This document shows positions 54,266 to 63,117 of a stretch of DNA of 64,000 bases, one piece after another (the stretch's first letter is position 1; every line of letters starts with the position of its first letter). The stretch is from the IMG/VR virus record IMGVR_UViG_3300015607_000776. One strand, given 5' to 3'. A program made the position numbers and the translations under genes. Below the pieces are notes generated by a model that saw nothing but the letters and a program-made list of their open reading frames with translations, ran no database searches and was not told where the DNA came from. The DNA is from an uncultured virus (IMG/VR IMGVR_UViG_3300015607_000776) (Duplodnaviria > Heunggongvirae > Uroviricota > Caudoviricetes).

Positions 54266-54766
54266 GTGTTTCTTTTTTAAGGTTTCTGATATCTTTCGTT
54301 TGGTATCTTCATTTAACTTCCTACCAAGTAACTTGGTTCTGGAATTTTCTCCTATCTTACGTTTTGTCTCTTCGGAGTGTTTACGTCCCAAAAAGGTTGT
54401 ATTTCCGGGATGACCCATACGCTTTTTAGCTTCATTGGTGTGTTTCCTGCCCTTGAACTTTGGCATTCCCGATCTGTTTATATAACTAAACCCACCATTG
54501 CCACCGTCACATAAATTGTAGCTTTTTTCGTTAATAACAACAAGTTCTTTCTCTTTTGTATTCATTTCTTCTTCGGTTTCAAATATGAAAAGAATTTCTT
54601 TTGTAAAGTTTTCTTTTCCATATTTGCTGATAGCTTGCAATAACAGCTTACCAGACCCCATATAACCATCATTTAGGTCTGTGGTTTGGTGTTTTCCGAT
54701 ATAAAACTTTCCGTTTATGTTGTTTGTAATCTTGTAAACTGTAAAATACATATGAATCTCCTTCAT
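54251..54766 (-). CDS. SegB-like GIY-YIG homing endonuclease
   Basis: TVYKITN..NGKFYIGKHQT, YMGSG, three NUMOD3; stop inside tRNA-Gly. Confidence 0.9.
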   Translation of the reverse strand: MKEIHMYFTVYKITNNINGKFYIGKHQTTDLNDGYMGSGKLLLQAISKYGKENFTKEILFIFETEEEMNTKEKELVVINEKSYNLCDGGNGGFSYINRSGMPKFKGRKHTNEAKKRMGHPGNTTFLGRKHSEETKRKIGENSRTKLLGRKLNEDTKRKISETLKKKHADVV

Positions 54767-54790
54767 ATGTATTTATGCCTTAGACTACAT

Positions 54791-54824
54791 GAAGGCTGAC
54801 ACTCTACCTCTGAGTTATACCCGC
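54791..54824 (-). pseudogene. 5' half of disrupted tRNA-Gly
   Basis: GCGGGTA-TA-ACTCAGAGGTAGAGT-G-TCAGC-CTTC; pairs with 54144-54182. Confidence 0.9.
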
Positions 54825-54924
54825 ATTTTTTCTAAAATATCATTCATTTTAGTATAATACTACAAAATAAAGTAAAAGTCAAGTTTTTTGTTACTTGACT
54901 ATACTATAGTATTTAAAGTAATAA

Positions 54925-54999
54925 TGGTGAACCATGAAGGAATTGAACCTTCTATCTTTGCCATGTCAAGGCAACGTCTTACCATCCGACCCATGGTCC
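54925..54999 (-). tRNA. tRNA-Val(GAC)
   Basis: Loop TTGACAT; CCA. Confidence 0.9.
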
Positions 55000-55313
55000 T
55001 TAGTCGCCCACAATTGAGCGAATTTCAACACTTTAGGAATATCGGTGTTTTCATATGGGCATACGACCGCACAAGCTTTCTTACCGTCTAAAGTTTTGTT
55101 TTCATGCGCCAAATATACGTTTGGCAATTGTTTGATCTTCTCGAATTCCTTTTCAGAAACTCTAACAACACATTTCCTGAATGACTTGTTTAACCAATAT
55201 TCATAGTTTTCATTCCCCGAAAATTGTAAATGAGCTCCCAAAACTGCATGTGCCACTAATGTCGGTGTCATAAAATCAGGAAATTCATCCAGGACAGCAA
55301 TATATAATTTCAT
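54966..55313 (-). CDS. Pth2-like peptidyl-tRNA hydrolase; stop inside tRNA-Val
   Basis: KLYIAV...VAHAVL...W....FRKCVVRV. Confidence 0.6.
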   Translation of the reverse strand: MKLYIAVLDEFPDFMTPTLVAHAVLGAHLQFSGNENYEYWLNKSFRKCVVRVSEKEFEKIKQLPNVYLAHENKTLDGKKACAVVCPYENTDIPKVLKFAQLWATKDHGSDGKTLP

Positions 55314-55326
55314 TTTTAACCTCCAA

Positions 55327-55400
55327 TGGATCCGGGACTAGGACTCGAACCTAGATTAAGGGAGTCAGAGTCCCTTGTTCTGCCATTAAACTATCCCGGA
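55327..55400 (-). tRNA. tRNA-Gln(CUG)
   Basis: Loop CTCTGAC; CCA. Confidence 0.9.
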
Positions 55401-55407
55401 ATAATCC

Positions 55408-55890
55408 TCAGTATCTCAAATAATTTCCACGTCTCTCTGGAATATGTATCCAGCCACTATTACTCTTTTTTGGTCTTGCAGGTTCTTCTGCCTTGGGTGT
55501 TTCCACTTTAGGAGGAACTTTCTGCATGTCTTTTATTGTGTTTTCCAGAATGATAACTCTTGCTTCCAAATCTTTGACAGTATCCTGCATACCATTCAAT
55601 CTCTTGGTATTTGTAAACATTACTTCACTTTGAGCTTTATCAATCTCCGAGATTGATGCATAAATCTTCTGGTAATTATCTGATCTATCAGCTGCACCAT
55701 GATAAAGGTCATAAATCAAAAACAAAGAAAATGCACTAGCAATCATTGCCACATAACCAATAGCGCTTGGATATGTATGTAAGATACCTGTGGGTTTTTT
55801 CTGTGCCACTTGTTTCCTAACCTTTCTTGGCAGCCTGATTTTTCTTTTGCTCTTTCTTATCTTGAGAATTGCTTTTTCTAGTAATGTCAT
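55408..55890 (-). CDS. Single-TM coiled-coil protein
   Basis: Basic N-terminus, TM, coiled coil. Confidence 0.6.
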   Translation of the reverse strand: MTLLEKAILKIRKSKRKIRLPRKVRKQVAQKKPTGILHTYPSAIGYVAMIASAFSLFLIYDLYHGAADRSDNYQKIYASISEIDKAQSEVMFTNTKRLNGMQDTVKDLEARVIILENTIKDMQKVPPKVETPKAEEPARPKKSNSGWIHIPERRGNYLRY

Positions 55891-56130
55891 TTAAAATATG
55901 ATTTTTCCGTCCTGACTAACACAAAATGTAACAGAGCTATATGTGGTAGCTACTCCAGTTTGACCACCATAGAATGTTGGACCGAAACCTACTGTTCCTT
56001 TTGAAATAATATGACCAACTGCTTCAGCGCATCTTTGTTGTTCTTCTTTGTCTAACTGATATGCATAAAATAACAATGCAAAGCATCCCAAAACAATTGA
56101 TATAATCACTGTCAACACAGTATTGTCCAT
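55891..56130 (-). CDS. Single-TM protein
   Basis: N-terminal TM, C...C..DG. Confidence 0.55.
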   Translation of the reverse strand: MDNTVLTVIISIVLGCFALLFYAYQLDKEEQQRCAEAVGHIISKGTVGFGPTFYGGQTGVATTYSSVTFCVSQDGKIIF

Positions 56131-56150
56131 AATAATATCCCAATAAAATC

Positions 56151-56225
56151 TGGTGCTGGTAAAAGGACTTGAACCCTCAACCTATTCCTTACGAGAGAAT
56201 TGCTCTACCATTGAGCTATACCAGC
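56151..56225 (-). tRNA. tRNA-Thr(CGU)
   Basis: Loop CTCGTAA; CCA. Confidence 0.9.
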
Positions 56226-56288
56226 AAGGATAATCAGGGCACATCCTTTCCGGACATGCTCTGATTATTTATACACTATATCACATAT

Positions 56289-56648
56289 TTATCCAGAAGT
56301 CAAGTGTTCCTTTTGACTGTTTCCATAGTAATATCCTAAAATGTTATCAACGTATTCTTTATCCAATATAACATCCTGGAAAGAAACCTGATCCTTCATA
56401 TCCAAATCTGCTTTCTTTTCCTGTAATGTCTTCTCTTTCAATGTTTTCCTAGGATTCTGACAACACCACCTGTCACAAAATGCAAGATTATCTGCCAACT
56501 TAACGTCTTTGTCAGTATTATCCCAACGTCCTCTGCTCCAGACATACTTGGATAACCATCTTGCTTTCTTCTTCATTCTCTGTTTCAGGAAACGTCTTTT
56601 TGCTCTGCGACGATCTTTCTTAGGAAAATCTGCCATATTATACCTCAC
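56289..56648 (-). CDS. Basic conserved phage protein
   Basis: C...CC.NPR...TLQE motif. Confidence 0.6.
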   Translation of the reverse strand: MRYNMADFPKKDRRRAKRRFLKQRMKKKARWLSKYVWSRGRWDNTDKDVKLADNLAFCDRWCCQNPRKTLKEKTLQEKKADLDMKDQVSFQDVILDKEYVDNILGYYYGNSQKEHLTSG

Positions 56649-58039
56649 ATGTTACTGCGTTCTCTAATAGTATCAAGAGAAACCTCTTTTGTCAATACTC
56701 CATCCCTATATACAATGTTTAGACGAGGCTCATCCTTAAGGTATTTAGAAGTCAAATAACGATCCTCAGCACGAATTGTCTTAAAATCGTCACCTACAAC
56801 TTCCAATAGGCCACGCTTGGACATTTTACCAGGATCGGTAACAGGGTCTTTATACACATCCTGCCACTTGCCATTGATCATAATTGCCGATGCCTTCATT
56901 GCAAACTTAAGACTATCACGATTTACCTGCTGCAATAGTGCACCACCCATACCGAAAACAATGTTTGAAGTTGCCCAACCATTGAGTCTCATTGACTTGA
57001 GAATTTCCTTAATGGAGTTTGCGTTTACGCCATCACCCTGGATAAGTCTAACAGAAGGATGCAATACTCTGAAACCTCTTTCGTTTGTAGTGTATCCAAA
57101 TTTGTCTGCTAGAATGTGCAGAAGTCTTCCGATAACATCCACAGGATTACCTGAGTCGGGACGAATAACAAGTCTTCCGCCCTTCTCAATAACCTTATCC
57201 TTCAATACAGTACCCCAAAGATTATCTGCTGCATTGTAAATATCATATGAGTCGGATACAACTGCATATAGTTTATCACCAAACTGATCTACCATATTCT
57301 CATATGCTTTCACTTCACCATCACGACCCCAGGCAGTAATAGTTGAGTGTTCCGCTGCAGGAATCGAATATGCAGGCATGGATGCCTTGTAGTATTTACG
57401 TGCATAGACCAATGCTTCCACTGTATCAGTACCCTGGAAGTTCACAAGATGTGCAACACCACCAATACCTGCTGATTCCTTGGATGATACACCACGAGCA
57501 CCAAAGTCATGGAGCATAAAATCAATACCTTCGGTGTTACCCTGAGTAAGGATCAATTCCTCTGCAATGATGTCTTTGATATGTCTGGACAGTGTTGCAA
57601 CGGTGGTTGGATACCAAACAGCGCGAAGCAAAGCAGTTTCAACATAACTAGTTAACCATGGTACTCGGTCATCTGTATTCTGAACCTGAACCAATGCTGT
57701 ATGCAATGGAACCTTGTATCCTTCAGGCAATGCTTGAATCATTACAGGAAGGTAACCATCATGGGCATTTAGAATGTAATCCCAACCCTGACGGTTGAAG
57801 GGCACTCCATGCATTTTGAAAATGTCTTCTGCTTCCTCAATGTTTGACTTTGTGATTGGTTTTGACATGTATTCCTCAAGGAACATCTGCAAACCAAAGA
57901 AGACTGTCTTTTCTACAGGAACAAAATCCCTGGAGACTCCTCGTGCTTCAATATATGAGCTGATCTTTTCAGTTTCAGGTGGATACTGAAGAAAGTGGGA
58001 CGTCTTGTATGAGTCTGTGTTTAGAATTAAGTTTGTCAT
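56645..58039 (-). CDS. nadV: Nicotinamide phosphoribosyltransferase
   Basis: TDSYK.SH, LHDFGARG, PAAEHS, VSDSYD, IRPDSG. Confidence 0.95.
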   Translation of the reverse strand: MTNLILNTDSYKTSHFLQYPPETEKISSYIEARGVSRDFVPVEKTVFFGLQMFLEEYMSKPITKSNIEEAEDIFKMHGVPFNRQGWDYILNAHDGYLPVMIQALPEGYKVPLHTALVQVQNTDDRVPWLTSYVETALLRAVWYPTTVATLSRHIKDIIAEELILTQGNTEGIDFMLHDFGARGVSSKESAGIGGVAHLVNFQGTDTVEALVYARKYYKASMPAYSIPAAEHSTITAWGRDGEVKAYENMVDQFGDKLYAVVSDSYDIYNAADNLWGTVLKDKVIEKGGRLVIRPDSGNPVDVIGRLLHILADKFGYTTNERGFRVLHPSVRLIQGDGVNANSIKEILKSMRLNGWATSNIVFGMGGALLQQVNRDSLKFAMKASAIMINGKWQDVYKDPVTDPGKMSKRGLLEVVGDDFKTIRAEDRYLTSKYLKDEPRLNIVYRDGVLTKEVSLDTIRERSNM

Positions 58040-58085
58040 CGAAAACTCCTTTCGAGTATGTTAAACAACAAGTCTATCTTGTTGT
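58040..58085 (-). promoter_or_regulatory. Two-hairpin leader (AUAGA loop; SD in loop) before nadV
   Basis: ACAACAAG-ATAGA-CTTGTTGT ... CGAAA-GGAGT-TTTCG-ATG. Confidence 0.7.
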
Positions 58086-58097
58086 GCCTTTACAAGT

Positions 58098-58313
58098 TTA
58101 TTCTTTTTCTTCTTCGTGAAGTTCTTCCATTATCCATTCATTTTCTAGTTTTTGTCTTCCTTCAGGTGTCAACATATCTAGAATCTGCATTTGGCAAGAA
58201 CACCATATGTCACCAATTTCAGGACCACGGCAAGCACAAGCACCAAGAGAAAAACCAGCATCAACTGCTTTATGGAATTCATCATATGACAATTTTTGTG
58301 TTTTAACGATCAT
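58098..58313 (-). CDS. Small Cys-rich protein
   Basis: CAC.GP.....CSCQM. Confidence 0.55.
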   Translation of the reverse strand: MIVKTQKLSYDEFHKAVDAGFSLGACACRGPEIGDIWCSCQMQILDMLTPEGRQKLENEWIMEELHEEEKE

Positions 58314-58789
58314 AGTTCATAGACCTTTATATTGACGTTGGATGCTGTACCAAATGAATATTTTGAGGTACCCAGGAAGTTTTGTTTGATTATTGATTCG
58401 ATAATCTCCCAGTTACCTCCACCGAGACCGGCACCTATTCTAGGGATTGCAATTTCCATTATGTCGTTTACTTCACAATAGAGCGCAATATCCTCAAAAC
58501 ATTCATCAATGGCATCATAACTAACATATCGCCTACCATCTTTTCCAAAGTTTAATTGAGTGATGGCATTGGCAATAACTGTTCCATCATCCTGTTCGGA
58601 GAAATTAACCGAACCAAGGAGACTTTCTTCAGGCATTTCACGACACATTTCAACATAATCTTCATATGCCTTTGGATACTTCTCCTTGATCTGTTTTGCA
58701 AGACCACTGCCCATAACACCTTGTGCATTGCATCCATGGACAATAAGTTTACAACCCGATTTTAGAATATCACCTTTAATATACTGCAT
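58310..58789 (-). CDS. Macrodomain (ADP-ribose hydrolase, DarG/Poa1-like)
   Basis: GDI, HGCNAQGVMGSG.A, PRIGAGLGGG.W. Confidence 0.9.
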   Translation of the reverse strand: MQYIKGDILKSGCKLIVHGCNAQGVMGSGLAKQIKEKYPKAYEDYVEMCREMPEESLLGSVNFSEQDDGTVIANAITQLNFGKDGRRYVSYDAIDECFEDIALYCEVNDIMEIAIPRIGAGLGGGNWEIIESIIKQNFLGTSKYSFGTASNVNIKVYEL

Positions 58790-59345
58790 ATTGCCTCTTG
58801 TTCAAATACATTTCAAAATAATGGTCTTGTTCACGTTTGATTTCTTCTGGTGTTACACCCGCGATTGTTACTTGAGAAATTAGATCATCACGGACCTGCA
58901 TGATTGCTTCACCCAGCCAGTTAGTCCCTTTCCATTTTGATTCATCCAAAATGTCGGGATCATTTTCATGTAGACCAATACCCCATACAGTATCTTCTGG
59001 ACTAGCTTCGACAATCTTTAGTTTCTTTGTTCCCAAAAGGAAATTGAATAACTCTTTATGTTGACTAAACTTTGCCCAGTTTGCACGATAAACAACTAAA
59101 CGAGCAACTTTTTCCCATTCTACTTGATCAAACCCCTTGACCTTACGACCCCAGGCCTTTTGTTCGCGAGGATTACTGATCTTCAGAATTGCATCCAATG
59201 CATCTTGGTCATTGAATAATCTTGCCTTCTCTGCCATCATATATTGCTCATTGCAATTGTATGTATGACCATCAATTTTAATAGGTGCCTTATACCACTG
59301 GGAACATTCACCACCCCAAAAGAAATAATATTTTCCACTAATCAT
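58776..59345 (-). CDS. NADAR (YbiA-like) protein
   Basis: SQW, EQYMMAEKA.LF.D, VEASP.D.VWGIG, G.NWLG. Confidence 0.9.
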   Translation of the reverse strand: MISGKYYFFWGGECSQWYKAPIKIDGHTYNCNEQYMMAEKARLFNDQDALDAILKISNPREQKAWGRKVKGFDQVEWEKVARLVVYRANWAKFSQHKELFNFLLGTKKLKIVEASPEDTVWGIGLHENDPDILDESKWKGTNWLGEAIMQVRDDLISQVTIAGVTPEEIKREQDHYFEMYLNKRQYAVY

Positions 59346-60379
59346 TAGATACCTACCATGTGTTCCACTATATTAAAATGATCCTCAAACATCTTGTTTC
59401 TGGATTGTGCAAATTTACTGAAAGGTACCCAGAATGCCTTAGCAGCGTCATCACTTCCCTTGATCTTTGGAAGACCAGATTCAGTGTCAGTTAATTTAAA
59501 ATGATATGCCTGGGAGATTGTTCTACCTCTTGCGCTTCTGTGAGGATCGTCATAGGTATGCACATCTGCGATTGAACCAACCAATACTGGTTTAGGAACC
59601 TTCAGTTTAGTTTCCTCATATAGTTCACGAATGACTGCTGCCTGCAATGTTTCATCTTGGCCAACGAAACCACCAGGCAATGCCCAAAGACCTTTACCAG
59701 GCAATGCACCACGTTCTACCAGTAGAATATGTCCTGCCTGAGTAACAACAGCGTCAACTGTCATAAACGTAGGAGGATAAGGTGCACGATTCCAGGATGC
59801 CTTATAGATTTCCAGGTGTTCCTTTTCATTGAAAATCTGATTCCAAATGTCACGAGAGAAACCTAGAACAGTCTCAAAGTGATCTTTGTCAACGAATTCC
59901 TTGTCGTCATACTCAGACCAATTGGTAGAGAACAATTCATTCCTGATGGTTGTTGCATCAATGGGATGCTTGATATCCACATTGATCAAATCCCACTGAG
60001 GAAACTTTCTTAGATAGTAAGATGAATGATCCTTGTCATATCCAATAATGCAGATGTTAGTTGGACCAGGTCTGAATTTACTGAAAACGATTGTATTTAC
60101 CGATGCCTGAATGGAAGCAATCCAACGTTCATCATTATATGTATGATCAACCTGAGGTGCAAAGTGAATATTTGGACCATCCAAACCAGTTGATTTGATG
60201 ATTTCCATTCTTTCTGCGGTTGTGAAAGGATTACGAGTATCGCGAGGGCGATCATGTGATCCAATGACAAAGATTATATTTTCGGAGATTTTTAACGCTT
60301 CTTCTGCGATGTGATAATGCCCAATATGGAAGGGCTGGAAGCGGCCGATGATTACGGCATAATCGTAAGGTTTTTTCAT
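59345..60379 (-). CDS. nadM: Bifunctional NMN adenylyltransferase / Nudix ADP-ribose pyrophosphatase
   Basis: GRFQPFHIGH; Nudix box GG...ET...A..REL.EET. Confidence 0.95.
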   Translation of the reverse strand: MKKPYDYAVIIGRFQPFHIGHYHIAEEALKISENIIFVIGSHDRPRDTRNPFTTAERMEIIKSTGLDGPNIHFAPQVDHTYNDERWIASIQASVNTIVFSKFRPGPTNICIIGYDKDHSSYYLRKFPQWDLINVDIKHPIDATTIRNELFSTNWSEYDDKEFVDKDHFETVLGFSRDIWNQIFNEKEHLEIYKASWNRAPYPPTFMTVDAVVTQAGHILLVERGALPGKGLWALPGGFVGQDETLQAAVIRELYEETKLKVPKPVLVGSIADVHTYDDPHRSARGRTISQAYHFKLTDTESGLPKIKGSDDAAKAFWVPFSKFAQSRNKMFEDHFNIVEHMVGI

Positions 60380-60380
60380 G

Positions 60381-60426
60381 TGCTAAAACTCCTTTAGCAA
60401 AAGTAGGAAAGGATCTATTCCTTCCC
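60381..60426 (-). promoter_or_regulatory. Two-hairpin leader (AUAGA loop; SD in loop) before nadM
   Basis: GGGAAGGA-ATAGA-TCCTTTCC ... TGCTAAA-GGAGT-TTTAGCA-C-ATG. Confidence 0.7.
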
Positions 60427-60456
60427 ATTGTCTAGTAGTATATAGTATTTTTTACT

Positions 60457-60873
60457 TCAAGTCAAGCTATTTGTTGCTTTATCTTTACTTATTTTATTCA
60501 CGACGTACTTGAATTCTTCATCAGATAAACCATATATATACTTGATTCTACTTAGAAATTCTAGTAATAGTTCTTTGGAATCATAGATTTCGGGGTCAAA
60601 ACCTGCTTCTTCTAAACCATAGCATGAGCAATGACTTCCTAATAGGTAGTAATATTTTCCCTGGTCTCGCCATATAACAACCGCGGATCCTTCATAACCA
60701 TCTATGTCATATTTTGCAATATAGACTTTTTCGGGTTTGGGATGGTTTTTTAACTCAGACTTTGATCTAACATCATCATATGTCGAACCAGTGAATTGGT
60801 TAACAACATCTTTCCAACTGTCAAAATTACCTAAATACGTTTTCATAGTTTTATTCCTACATAGTTTTCTCAA
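60457..60873 (-). CDS. Conserved phage protein (YEG...GSHCSCYGLE)
   Basis: Motif recognised. Confidence 0.7.
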   Translation of the reverse strand: MRKLCRNKTMKTYLGNFDSWKDVVNQFTGSTYDDVRSKSELKNHPKPEKVYIAKYDIDGYEGSAVVIWRDQGKYYYLLGSHCSCYGLEEAGFDPEIYDSKELLLEFLSRIKYIYGLSDEEFKYVVNKISKDKATNSLT

Positions 60874-61366
60874 GACTATCGTATAGTTTTAACAGTTCTT
60901 GAGCATGATTTACTTCTTCAATTGCAAGTTTTACTGCTTCATCCAGTGTTTTCACTTGAGGAATTCCATACTTAGCACAGACAATATCGATATTTCCTTT
61001 TCTCCAGAACCCCTCTGGGCAGACAACCACTGAATCTGTAAAACTTCCTGTTGCCAATCCAAACTCAAACATTGTTACAGGACTCTTGGTTCCAGGAAGG
61101 AAATTGAAGATGCGAAACTGTGCCATTTCCAATCCCAATAGTTCCCACTCAACCTGCTCACGGAATTGTTTATTGTTGATAGATTGGACCCAAGAATCAT
61201 CCCAATCTAGTCTGCGAGGATCGAGAACATCCAAACCAGCATCATTCAATTGGTGTGCTGCTGTAATCTGCCAATGCTCTGCTTCACCCATTTCAATGGA
61301 ACCTGCAAGAAATACTGCTTTGTTCCAATCACATCCCATAATTGGAGCTGGTGCACGAAAAATCAT
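60857..61366 (-). CDS. Nucleoside 2-deoxyribosyltransferase-like protein
   Basis: VFLAGSIE, DPRR, QVEWE, SP.T.FE.G, FWRKGN. Confidence 0.85.
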   Translation of the reverse strand: MIFRAPAPIMGCDWNKAVFLAGSIEMGEAEHWQITAAHQLNDAGLDVLDPRRLDWDDSWVQSINNKQFREQVEWELLGLEMAQFRIFNFLPGTKSPVTMFEFGLATGSFTDSVVVCPEGFWRKGNIDIVCAKYGIPQVKTLDEAVKLAIEEVNHAQELLKLYDSLEKTM

Positions 61367-61800
61367 TATATAGTCTCCTTAAGTTTTCTAGTCTCTGTTT
61401 CACACATTTTAATGAAGATTGAAATATCGGTTGTCCTCTTTTTCTCTTCCAGAGGTTTGAATCTCTCATATCTATAACCATAAGCATTTACCGTATCAGG
61501 ATTTTTTGCCATTCTATCAATTTCTCTCACATCAACTATAATGTAATTAAATATAGGATGAGGATAGATTTTATCTATCGTATAGATTTCACCCTTTGTC
61601 AATCCATCTAAGCTTCCAATATAAGTATATCCAGGAAGGTTATATCTTGATACATCATCATTAATGCATACAACTTTCTGACCAACATAAAAATTGCATT
61701 CCATATCACTTCTTCCTACTAAAAAATATCTCTTTCTCTCTTGCGTGGACAATAAGGCCTCTTTCTTGGAGACATTGTATAAACTGTGCCCATTGGGCAT
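61366..61800 (-). CDS. Hypothetical protein
   Basis: VGQKVVCIND...L..GEIYTI...RFKP. Confidence 0.6.
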   Translation of the reverse strand: MPNGHSLYNVSKKEALLSTQERKRYFLVGRSDMECNFYVGQKVVCINDDVSRYNLPGYTYIGSLDGLTKGEIYTIDKIYPHPIFNYIIVDVREIDRMAKNPDTVNAYGYRYERFKPLEEKKRTTDISIFIKMCETETRKLKETI

Positions 61801-61827
61801 CTGTATTAAGCGCTGTTGGTATTGGTG

Positions 61828-62298
61828 TCATTTCCAAAATCTCCATGCCCATCCACACCAATTAAACTTCTTACCTTTACCATAGTAAGGTTTTGCATAT
61901 CCGTTCTTGATCAATTCTTTACTGAGTGGTTTCCCATCGATAATAACATCACCAAGAATTCTACCACCGTACTTGTCCCAACTCTTAACTAGTATTTGGA
62001 CCTTCTTTGCATGGGAGATTTCCTGAGTAGTGAATAACTTTGCTCTCAATGAGAGACTTTCTTCCAAATGACATTTTGCTCGTGGTCCTTTTTCGGGAGT
62101 ATCCACACCTAGGATTCTGACGCTGAGAACAGGTTTCAATGGTTGAGGTAGAAAGTCAACTAAGACTTCTACTGTGTCACCATCGATTACTCTTTTGACT
62201 GGCCAGTCATATGGATTACCATATGCTGGTGTAGTGATAGATAATATCAGTGCAAAAATAGTTGCTCTCATTCTTTCCCCTATGAAATGCTGGGACAC
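61828..62298 (-). CDS. Thermonuclease (SNase-like), secreted
   Basis: RVIDGDT, R..GVDTPE, DKYGGR.L; signal peptide. Confidence 0.9.
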   Translation of the reverse strand: MSQHFIGERMRATIFALILSITTPAYGNPYDWPVKRVIDGDTVEVLVDFLPQPLKPVLSVRILGVDTPEKGPRAKCHLEESLSLRAKLFTTQEISHAKKVQILVKSWDKYGGRILGDVIIDGKPLSKELIKNGYAKPYYGKGKKFNWCGWAWRFWK

Positions 62299-62930
62299 AC
62301 TAACATTATATTCAATGCATCCTTGAGTCCTTGATATGTGGTTGTGTCAACGAATACCCCACCAGTTTCGTCTGCAATGCATGAAGCATTTTTCAATTCA
62401 TCAAAACCACCTTCCAACCCAATAACGTGGATTGTCAGATCGGAAGACTTAGCCTTTAGGTCCTTTGCTGTCTTGCATGTATCTCTTCCACAAGTATCAT
62501 CACCATCAGTGAGCACAACAATTGTTGCTTTCTTATGCTCATAGTCTAATGCTTCTGCTGCCTTTTCAAGGGCAGTTGATAGTGGTGTTCCACCATCAGT
62601 CTTGATATTATCGATCACCGAAAGAATAGATTTCGATGCATTTAGTTGAACAGGAACGACCATATCAACATTTGAACATTGTTCTTTTCTTCCTGGACCT
62701 AAAGTAAGTAGTCCCAATCTTCGGTGTTGTGAAGAAATTGGGACTACTTCATGTGCTGCTAGTCTTGCTGCTTCGATCTTTGAATTGCCACCCTTGAACA
62801 ATTGAGACATTGATCCAGATGCATCCATTACGATCATTGCATCATTTGTGCAAGTATCTTGCGGTTGGAGGGCAATTGCACTGTGATTCGCAAGCAGAAT
62901 TGCCACAACATATACTAGGAAATTTCGCAT
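62280..62930 (-). CDS. Secreted vWA-domain protein
   Basis: DASGSM, TPL, LTDG; signal peptide. Confidence 0.9.
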   Translation of the reverse strand: MRNFLVYVVAILLANHSAIALQPQDTCTNDAMIVMDASGSMSQLFKGGNSKIEAARLAAHEVVPISSQHRRLGLLTLGPGRKEQCSNVDMVVPVQLNASKSILSVIDNIKTDGGTPLSTALEKAAEALDYEHKKATIVVLTDGDDTCGRDTCKTAKDLKAKSSDLTIHVIGLEGGFDELKNASCIADETGGVFVDTTTYQGLKDALNIMLVCPSIS

Positions 62931-63117
62931 TACCCCTCCAGGAGAAGCTTCTTTGAAGACTTAAAACAGTTTACAAAGTTCTTTGGGTTCTCCTCCTTGA
63001 GAGATTCATAGATTTCCATTGCTTCGTCGCGAGAATTGAATTCTCTTGAGTATAGTTTATTACCTGTCTTGTGGTCAACTTCTTCTACTATCCATTGCTC
63101 AGACATTTTGTTCTCCT

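Noticed and set aside
54183..54790. Self-splicing intron in tRNA-Gly
   Set aside because: The insert is fully occupied by a hairpin, an ORF and a tRNA, leaving no room for a group I/II core, and two anticodon-loop bases are missing.
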